NCBI RefSeq assembly: GCF_001194135.2
Contig: NC_068989.1
Coordinates: 85,845,111-85,909,083 of the forward strand
From: Octopus bimaculoides
Taxonomy: Eukaryota
Direction of reading: 5' to 3'
DNA length: 63,973 nucleotides
In this document: piece by piece, positions 61,846 through 63,973 of the stretch
Layout of the letters: every line of letters starts with the position of its first letter
How positions within the stretch are numbered: the first letter of the stretch is position 1
Made by a program: the position numbers and the translations under genes
Notes under the pieces: generated by a model
The model's database searches: none
What the model was told of the DNA's origin: nothing
Seen by the model: only the letters and a program-made list of their open reading frames with translations

Positions 61846-63718
61846 TATACACACACTTTCATCGACATCTGTATTGATCATTAATGTTTCTCTTGCGTAC
61901 ACAGCTGCCAGTGAATTACTCATCCTCAGTCTAGATTTGGTCAAGAACAGAGTCGGGGTTCTCAGTATTGAAATGCGTAAGAGTTTCATTGGCAACATCT
62001 TGGTATGCCTCATAGAAAAGACTTCAGACCCAAAAGTGGTGAAAGCAATAACTAAAATGGTTGAAGACTGGGTTAAAACAAAAGTAAGGCCACTGCTGCT
62101 GCTTGTGGATATCACATGTTTTTCGTCTCTTTATGTCTTAGTGTGTGCATGTGTTTATGCATGTGTAAATTCGTATAGGTAAAAATGGATAAGGTTTGTA
62201 GTGTGTGTGTGTGAGAGAGAGAGAGAGCTATTCTGCTTTGTAGGGAGATAGTTTGTTAAATATGAGAGAGAGTCTGCTGTGCATGTGAGTATAAGTGAAA
62301 GAAGGTGAGTCTTTTGCATATGTGAGTGTGAAAGAAAGATAGGGTTCATGTGTGTACATGCAAGATAATGTACTTGTGTGTGTGTCATCATTATCATCAT
62401 CATCATCATCATTGTTTAACGTTCGCTTTCCATGCTGGCACGGGTTGGACGATTTGACTGAGGACTGGTGAACCGGATGGCTGCACCAGGCTCCAATCTG
62501 ATCTGGCAGAGTTTCTACAGTTGGATGCCCTTCCTAACGCCAACCACTCCAAGAGTGTAGTGGGTGCTTTTACGTGCCACCGGCACGAGGGCCAGTCAGG
62601 CGGTACTAGCAACGGCCACGCTCAAAATGATGTTGTGTGTATGTATGTAATTCTACTGATGTGTTTGGCTACCTGTAAATATCTGTGGATGTATATTATA
62701 CATTGTGTCTATGTAACAGTTGGTGTCCCCAACATCACTTCATTAGGTTCGTTATCATTTCATGTACCACTTCTAATGTGACAAATGCATCCATGCCTCA
62801 CACTCACTATAATACCTGTGTATCAATTCCGATACGTAGCACATTTTCCTTGGCACCCATGCCTCATGTACAACGCACACTCATGATTTTTGCTTCAACC
62901 ACCAGAGTAAAACTTGTAACATATGTTTCCCTACACCATTCTCTTCTTTGCTTCATTCTCGTGTCTCTTACTTCCAGACACCCATTGCTATCAACCAGTC
63001 TCCATCAATACGAGAAAAGGCCATTCTCTTGTGCAAGCTGATGGTTCATGTTGAGCGCAGATTTCCTGAAGATGTCGAACTAAATGCACAATTCCTGGAA
63101 TTGGTTAACCACATCTACAGGTAGCTATATACTCATTTAATATACCTGTCCATCTACTTGCTTTTTCCTCTTTCTGTTCCTCCCTCTCTCCTCTTCCTCT
63201 CTTTGCACCTCTTTCCCCCTCCTCTCCCCCATCTCCCATTCCCCTCCTCACCCCTTATCCCTCCTCACATTCCTCTTTTCTCCTCTCTTTCACCCCTCCA
63301 CCCCGTCTCTCTCCTATTGATCCGTTCTACCAGTGTACAGTATTTCTAGTTTCTCTAATCTTCCTACCACATGAGATTAGGAGAACAGAAGGACTATATT
63401 CTCTCGCATCCCATCCAATATCTCCTATCCATACTTAAGACTGCAGGGTATGATTTGAGGGAAATTTGGTTGTTGTATCTAGTGGATCAAACCTGTAAAG
63501 GTTGTCCCTACTGGCTTGTGGTGTGAAAGGTTGTCCCTGCTGGCTTGTGGTGTGAGATGTAGTGTTTTAAATAAGCATTCCCAGTATAATGTCACATTGA
63601 TATGTTTCCTTTCAGAGATGAGAGTTTGGCTGGCAGTGAACTCACCTCTAAGCTAGAACAAGCCTTCCTTGCAGGCCTCAGATGTAACCAGCATCATATT
63701 AGACAGAAATTTGTCGAG
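6399..63718 (+). CDS. TRRAP: TRRAP (transformation/transcription domain-associated protein, Tra1/Nipped-A ortholog), spliced CDS, 3'-incomplete; 57 visible coding exons listed below
   Basis: Exon peptides are colinear with metazoan TRRAP as recalled (QLRKLLLEIIHRIP, RPLAYSTLADL, DCRSLVKTLVCGVKTITWG, KEPYNYFLLLR.LFRSIGGG, GLRTLELCVDNLQP, AGSPFREPLLKFL, KLRRLMTFAWP, SFKPLQRGIAAC). Splice sites and phases join in frame. The PIKK/FATC C-terminus is not in the window. Confidence 0.98.
6552..6770. mobile_element. mariner-derived MITE (partial copies at ~1343-1520 and ~35555-35628)
   Basis: TA ends; imperfect TIR TGAAGGGGGCTGAAAAATTACTGGCTTT / AAAACCAAGAACTTTACAGCAACCCCTTG; internal sequence shared with 1343-1520. 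Confidence 0.75.
7448..7590 (+). ncRNA. Intronic box C/D guide RNA (scaRNA-like) predicted to 2'-O-methylate U2 snRNA U47; SCARNA28/mgU2-47-like
   Basis: GTAGCAG(7448-54)/CTGCTAC(7584-90) terminal stem. C box ATGATGA 7456-62, D box CTGA 7580-83. Guide AGCTGATAAGA 7568-78 is complementary to U2 UCUUAUCAG(C/U)U, and the D+5 base 7575 pairs with U47. Long internal hairpin. Confidence 0.85.
7725..8110. repeat. 25-bp minisatellite, ~15 copies (GTGGTACTGGCATGGGTGCTTTTAT)
   Basis: Direct reading; explains ORFs 7704-8150 and 7904-8146. Confidence 0.95.
8632..8681 (+). CDS. TRRAP: TRRAP coding exon 2
   Basis: VEKKLKAAQELSENFE; ag/gtaagt. Confidence 0.95.
8710..9080 (+). mobile_element. tRNA-derived SINE family A (CORE-like CACCTTGGGCAAGTG block), tail type 1
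   Basis: GTGGCTGTGTGGTAAG...GGTTCAGTCCC head; further copies near 27803, 31640, 34381, 36510, 41642, 58215 and 61305. Confidence 0.8.
9489..9589. repeat. 26-bp tandem repeat x4 (TTTTGAAAAAGTCAGTGTTAACATTG)
   Basis: Direct reading. Confidence 0.95.
9593..9817. mobile_element. piggyBac-type MITE (TTAA ends)
   Basis: TTAA...GAAAGGG TTAA; near-identical body at 29732-29961. Confidence 0.75.
10468..10578 (+). CDS. TRRAP: TRRAP coding exon 3
   Basis: SIVISPQYPQFLQDALRVFLKILDEGEPHFVAEQNMQ. Confidence 0.95.
11503..11607 (+). CDS. TRRAP: TRRAP coding exon 4
   Basis: QLRKLLLEIIHRIPCNEYLKRYIPQILPLMFKLLK. Confidence 0.97.
11915..11998 (+). CDS. TRRAP: TRRAP coding exon 5
   Basis: VENEENVLVCLRIIMELHRQYRPQMNEE. 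Confidence 0.97.
12044..12170. mobile_element. Tc1/mariner-type MITE, 127 bp
   Basis: TA flanks; TIR CA(T/G)GGTGTCCACAAAG..TG.GTACA at both ends. Confidence 0.8.
12340..13137 (-). mobile_element. RTE-clade LINE relic (RT core, Cys/His insert, downstream domain)
   Basis: KAFDRVPR, KVGLH, WELLYADELALIAE, GLRVNLAKTKVL, C-x2-C..C..H-x2-C..C-x2-C, EVVDSFCYLG, RIRIAWAKFR; stops and frameshifts. Confidence 0.9.
13325..13519 (+). CDS. TRRAP: TRRAP coding exon 6
   Basis: IQGFLQFVKKIYANLPNYLHKIFEP...DNQSVS; donor gtaagt (a weaker in-frame gtatct lies 6 nt upstream). Confidence 0.93.
13607..13895. repeat. Degenerate 30-bp minisatellite (~9-10 units, TGCCTACATGTTACACCAGAATACACTAAA-like)
   Basis: 30-nt periodicity seen by aligning successive units. 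Confidence 0.75.
13946..14112 (+). CDS. TRRAP: TRRAP coding exon 7
   Basis: YNIIPRAVLSLKVLAELPIIVVLMYQIYK... Confidence 0.97.
14861..14957 (+). CDS. TRRAP: TRRAP coding exon 8
   Basis: NNPAFNKEVFVDFIGAQIKTLSFLAYIIKSYQ. Confidence 0.96.
15231..15369 (+). CDS. TRRAP: TRRAP coding exon 9
   Basis: DQVSQNSQQLVQGLL...EVAHLRKELLIAARHILTTDLRN. Confidence 0.97.
15893..15971 (+). CDS. TRRAP: TRRAP coding exon 10
   Basis: FVPCIEKMFQENVVIGSGWTAQESH. Confidence 0.96.
16026..16518. mobile_element. hAT-type MITE with a nested RTE-tail element
   Basis: TIR CAGTGGTTCTCAAC/GTTGAGAACCGCTG; TSD GTTCAGAG/GTTTAGAG; (CAT)n-headed minus-strand insert ~16210-16480. Confidence 0.8.
16619..16823 (+). CDS. TRRAP: TRRAP coding exon 11
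   Basis: PLAYSTLADLIHHVRQ...SIQTMSCKLLLNLVECIRTKSDQESGN. Confidence 0.98.
17788..17879 (+). CDS. TRRAP: TRRAP coding exon 12
   Basis: GRELFMRMLEVFVLKFKTITKIQLPQILQK. Confidence 0.97.
18147..18276 (+). CDS. TRRAP: TRRAP coding exon 13 (poorly conserved linker)
   Basis: RQSQLNAEKC...EIKEKEEK; phases 2/0 fit both neighbours. Confidence 0.88.
18880..19495. mobile_element. Three RTE 3'-end (family D) copies, one + and two -
   Basis: TTAGGAAGGGCATCCAGCTGTAGAA...CCATGCCAGCATGGAA...(GAT)n and its reverse complements. Confidence 0.85.
19855..20117 (+). CDS. TRRAP: TRRAP coding exon 14
   Basis: TARFGVSATPYTTYSVADCRSLVKTLVCGVKTITWG...QALDIY. Confidence 0.97.
20296..20620 (+). mobile_element. tRNA-derived SINE family C
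   Basis: A box TGGCTTAGTGG, B box GAGTTCAATTCC; body shared with 43047-43415, 21120-21450 and 49340-49640. Confidence 0.8.
20756..20813 (+). CDS. TRRAP: TRRAP coding exon 15
   Basis: GQSVRTKEEKEVLEHFAGV. Confidence 0.95.
20839..21065. mobile_element. Tigger/pogo-like MITE (copies at 45665-45882 inverted, ~13140-13276 partial)
   Basis: TIR CAGTAATCCCT...AGGATTACTG followed by TA. Confidence 0.75.
21521..21574 (+). CDS. TRRAP: TRRAP coding exon 16
   Basis: FTMMNPQTFKEIFSITIE. Confidence 0.96.
21860..22500 (+). mobile_element. CR1/L2-group LINE 3' relic
   Basis: Degenerate DLSW.THILYIAKTA.QKL.LLFR...VR.TVEYCSHIW, followed by downstream conserved blocks; many stops. Confidence 0.8.
23239..23277 (+). 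CDS. TRRAP: TRRAP coding exon 17 (39 nt)
   Basis: YMVDRIHNNYALQ; tttccag/gtaaga. Confidence 0.95.
23329..24328. mobile_element. piggyBac-derived element (TTAA ends) with a nested RTE-tail copy ~23950-24297
   Basis: TTAACCCTTGGCATTTAAAC...TAATCTAAATACTAAGGGCTTAA; the ends match the shorter MITE at ~50455-50680. Confidence 0.65.
25149..25245 (+). CDS. TRRAP: TRRAP coding exon 18
   Basis: IIANSFLANNTTSATFATILVEFLLARMEEMG. Confidence 0.97.
25500..25597 (+). CDS. TRRAP: TRRAP coding exon 19
   Basis: SNTERSNLYLKLFKLVFGSVSLFAAENEQMLK. Confidence 0.98.
25875..26074 (+). repeat. ~99-bp tandem duplication spanning the exon-20 acceptor
   Basis: Two copies differing by a 2-nt (TA) indel and one substitution at the junction. 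Confidence 0.95.
26051..26216 (+). CDS. TRRAP: TRRAP coding exon 20
   Basis: PHLHTIVNRSMSLAMTAKEPYNYFLLLRTLFRSIGGGSHDMLYQEFLPLLPNLLQ. Confidence 0.97.
26392..26558 (+). CDS. TRRAP: TRRAP coding exon 21 (GC donor)
   Basis: LNSLQSGLHKQHIKDLFVELCLTVPVRLSSLLPYLPMLMDPLVSALNGSQTLVSQ; donor CAG|gcaagt. Confidence 0.96.
27299..27388 (+). CDS. TRRAP: TRRAP coding exon 22
   Basis: GLRTLELCVDNLQPEFLYEHIQPVRAELMQ. Confidence 0.98.
28354..28464 (+). CDS. TRRAP: TRRAP coding exon 23
   Basis: ALWRTLRNPSDSIALVAFRLLGKFGGGNRKMVREPQQ. Confidence 0.97.
28726..28815 (+). CDS. TRRAP: TRRAP coding exon 24
   Basis: LNYNEKETVGPCVVLQFQDCKIPINLPVEK. Confidence 0.95.
29732..29961. mobile_element. piggyBac-type MITE
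   Basis: TTAA-CCC...GG-TTAA; same family as 9593-9817. Confidence 0.8.
30374..30525 (+). CDS. TRRAP: TRRAP coding exon 25
   Basis: AIDTALSNLKCSTTNAFVLRQSWELIRCFLVSAMSLDDSRQSLQHLFSHN. Confidence 0.95.
31318..31388 (+). CDS. TRRAP: TRRAP coding exon 26 (5' part hidden in gap 31040-31317)
   Basis: GPLYKNPDANLRKVHEQALTGMF; donor G|gtaagt. Confidence 0.9.
32086..32181 (+). CDS. TRRAP: TRRAP coding exon 27
   Basis: AAAIKELRNPVLSFMGCMVRHYTMVAISHQC. Confidence 0.96.
33536..33711 (+). CDS. TRRAP: TRRAP coding exon 28
   Basis: PFPVGEKQNKLQGIDTQILVDAIAAVMGHEEKELCKPG...ILGSQER. Confidence 0.96.
34270..34355 (+). CDS. TRRAP: TRRAP coding exon 29
   Basis: ACQLPFFEYLVERLCALCYDRAWYAKYG. Confidence 0.97.
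36162..36273 (+). CDS. TRRAP: TRRAP coding exon 30
   Basis: CQAIKVLYEHMPKKWVLQHQFVFLKALLFVMLDLTGE. Confidence 0.97.
37050..37229 (+). CDS. TRRAP: TRRAP coding exon 31
   Basis: VSSGAIDLAKNNMKNMLILCAKE...VRQVTSSNTLIREQ. Confidence 0.96.
37430..38058 (+). mobile_element. 5'-truncated RTE LINE: ORF C-terminus plus 3'UTR with an expanded repeat module and (GAT)n tail
   Basis: RKKYLWDEVVKHDLQTLGLTEVMTSDRYLWRNAVIEKTRQ resembles the RTE ORF end. Confidence 0.8.
39066..39215 (+). CDS. TRRAP: TRRAP coding exon 32
   Basis: AMNALEVLAETTGKTVTDIMEPHKEVMQDMIPPKKHLLHHQPAHVQIGLM. Confidence 0.97.
39623..39709 (+). CDS. TRRAP: TRRAP coding exon 33
   Basis: EGSTFCTTLQPRLFTIDLLKMEHKVFFAE. Confidence 0.97.
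39725..40200. repeat. 39-bp minisatellite spanning gap 39860-40057
   Basis: Unit TTTTCTTCTCTTTGTATTTTTGACTCTTTCCATATATAT, identical copies on both sides of the gap. Confidence 0.95.
40305..40401 (+). CDS. TRRAP: TRRAP coding exon 34
   Basis: LLNLSNAEDSALMKMACYKNISNLVPLRKSTL. Confidence 0.96.
40771..40892 (+). CDS. TRRAP: TRRAP coding exon 35
   Basis: ALAACHYIQPSREKIFHLLYKALDSSNTELQQAAHECMRK. Confidence 0.97.
41063..41560 (+). mobile_element. Defective mariner transposon (5' TIR plus N-terminal HTH coding relic)
   Basis: TA-TTGGGTCATCCCATAAATAATG; from 41244 MEVTKEHIRHILLYEFNKGNNAMESARNINAVYGD*TISVSQCQWWFQKF*TGNYSLEGEPHPGR. Confidence 0.9.
42100..42270 (+). CDS. TRRAP: TRRAP coding exon 36
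   Basis: FISGFNIDMEMVHGDMRPLLGLLGDYRNLNLNVIQRLTSLTQLFPHTFKEKLLEQLL. Confidence 0.97.
42536..42619 (+). CDS. TRRAP: TRRAP coding exon 37
   Basis: THLKKFMEVAISNQKSGQQRNNGQVLSQ. Confidence 0.93.
42884..43003 (+). CDS. TRRAP: TRRAP coding exon 38
   Basis: ELKICAAIINIFHLVPTATQKIIEPLTRLIFQTEKALFME. Confidence 0.97.
43047..43415 (+). mobile_element. Well-preserved SINE family C copy
   Basis: tRNA-like head, A box TGGCCCAGTGG, B box GGTTTCAATCCC; many CpGs retained. Confidence 0.85.
43873..43992 (+). CDS. TRRAP: TRRAP coding exon 39
   Basis: AGSPFREPLLKFLLRFPGPTVELFLNDNTIIDQQWTRYLE. Confidence 0.97.
44158..44250 (+). CDS. TRRAP: TRRAP coding exon 40
   Basis: FIVKHKDAQVIRDVIMANPMRLVTMALKNIQ. Confidence 0.95.
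46217..46336 (+). CDS. TRRAP: TRRAP coding exon 41
   Basis: NAQDMQHAQDIKAEMQFQAIRLISLLVEMNETWLSDQVLA. Confidence 0.94.
47341..47400 (+). CDS. TRRAP: TRRAP coding exon 42
   Basis: VAKLRMIWTSDSFQEKHKKI (cf. human VSQLRRVWVSENFQERHRK). Confidence 0.93.
48243..48310 (+). CDS. TRRAP: TRRAP coding exon 43
   Basis: DNLDYIHWQEPALLVRCLLTYF. Confidence 0.94.
48904..49015 (+). CDS. TRRAP: TRRAP coding exon 44
   Basis: HHTKEIDLLFQILRCFINRYIPQFQFVKDFLDDVVAA. Confidence 0.94.
50107..50196 (+). CDS. TRRAP: TRRAP coding exon 45
   Basis: TYPVEWKRDAFFKFVDVFHLKNCPQELKAK. Confidence 0.95.
52420..52667 (+). CDS. TRRAP: TRRAP coding exon 46
   Basis: ILQYIIIPCFQHAFEHGEDEALIGGPPSPDQDNSD...LLVEQASPHIHDAAN. Confidence 0.97.
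53606..53759 (+). CDS. TRRAP: TRRAP coding exon 47
   Basis: KQGNKLRRLMTFAWPSLLPRNCVDPANKYHGHLLLAHIIAKFAIHKRIVLQ. Confidence 0.98.
53932..54039 (+). CDS. TRRAP: TRRAP coding exon 48
   Basis: VFHSLLKAHAVEARAVVRQALEILTPAFPGRMEDGN. Confidence 0.98.
54224..54297 (+). CDS. TRRAP: TRRAP coding exon 49
   Basis: GMLAHWTKKIIVEEGHAVPQLVHL. Confidence 0.97.
54611..54710 (+). CDS. TRRAP: TRRAP coding exon 50
   Basis: QLVVRHYKVYYPVRHHLIQHMVSSLQRLGFTQN. Confidence 0.97.
56305..56437. repeat. 133-bp palindrome: perfect 52-bp arms around (AT)14A
   Basis: TTCTACAATG...TATTTCAAA and its exact reverse complement. Confidence 0.97.
56521..56610 (+). CDS. TRRAP: TRRAP visible coding exon 51 (preceded by missing exon(s))
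   Basis: SLRNQTDVNKPIDKQYCDSVVNFLLRIACQ. Confidence 0.95.
57317..57532 (+). CDS. TRRAP: TRRAP visible coding exon 52
   Basis: VTESTTALATQGEALSRRCINLLKTVM...ELKLAWFDKLLMTVE...LLGIM. Confidence 0.97.
59579..59811 (+). CDS. TRRAP: TRRAP visible coding exon 53
   Basis: KKDNILASFKPLQRGIAACLTCPNPKVIRAVHSLLSRLMSIFPTEP...GLNNYE. Confidence 0.98.
60216..60415 (+). mobile_element. Young SINE family B insertion with a 19-bp TSD
   Basis: AGAATTCATGCAGTTGGTG at 60197-60215 and 60416-60434. Confidence 0.85.
60649..60790. repeat. (CATA)n/(CATG)n microsatellite
   Basis: Direct reading. Confidence 0.97.
60855..61018 (+). CDS. TRRAP: TRRAP visible coding exon 54
   Basis: STGNSNNILFPTLMILKAACMHNPCYIDRLIALFMKVLQKMAREHL. 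Confidence 0.97.
61905..62083 (+). CDS. TRRAP: TRRAP visible coding exon 55
   Basis: ASELLILSLDLVKNRVGVLSIEMRKSFIGNILVCLIEKTSDPKVVKAITKMVEDWVKTK. Confidence 0.97.
62395..62620 (-). mobile_element. Young RTE 3'-end (family D) copy
   Basis: (CAT)n then TTTAACGTTCGCTTTCCATGCTGGC...GTGCTTTTACGTGCCACC; reverse complement of 34545-34735. Confidence 0.85.
62978..63120 (+). CDS. TRRAP: TRRAP visible coding exon 56
   Basis: TPIAINQSPSIREKAILLCKLMVHVERRFPEDVELNAQFLELVNHIY. Confidence 0.97.
63616..63718 (+). CDS. TRRAP: TRRAP visible coding exon 57
   Basis: DESLAGSELTSKLEQAFLAGLRCNQHHIRQKFVE. Confidence 0.97.
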
Positions 63719-63973
63719 GTAGGTTCACTACTTCACTCTGCTCTTCATATGTCTTTCTGTTTTATGACTCTGGGTTTGTATGCTTGAGGGATGTGTTTTT
63801 TATGTGTGCATCTAAGTATGTACATTTGTCCATATGTACACATGTATGTTTGTTTGTTTGTTCATATGTATGTATGTATGTATGCAAATATATGTGTATG
63901 TCAGTATATACGTGTTTGTATGTGTGTGTGTACACACATATATAATCTTCTCCGTAATATATATATATATATA

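Overview
AT-rich, microsatellite- and SINE-dense animal DNA with six N gaps; the repeat repertoire suggests a coleoid cephalopod (octopus-like), which is an inference. Almost the whole window is the 5' ~60% of a TRRAP/Tra1/Nipped-A gene (PIKK-family scaffold of SAGA and TIP60/NuA4) on the + strand. I infer a 5'UTR exon (~3604-3646) and trace 57 coding exons with consistent splice phases (6399-63718, ~6960 nt, ~2320 aa visible). One intron is GC-AG, one exon is cut by a gap, and at least one exon is missing, probably inside a gap. The gene continues beyond the window. The likely first coding exon of an unidentified divergent gene lies on the - strand (3403-3453). The most notable signal, invisible in the ORF track, is a ~143-nt box C/D guide RNA in the intron after the first coding exon (7448-7590). 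It has a 7-bp terminal stem, canonical C/D spacing, a long internal hairpin and an 11-nt guide that places the D+5 rule on U2 snRNA U47. It is a candidate invertebrate counterpart of vertebrate SCARNA28/mgU2-47, which I recall being hosted by TRRAP itself. Introns also hold RTE and CR1-like LINE relics, tRNA-derived SINEs, mariner/hAT/piggyBac/Tigger-type MITEs, minisatellites, a duplicated splice acceptor and a 133-bp palindrome. Most ORFs in the supplied track are microsatellite, repeat or gap artefacts.
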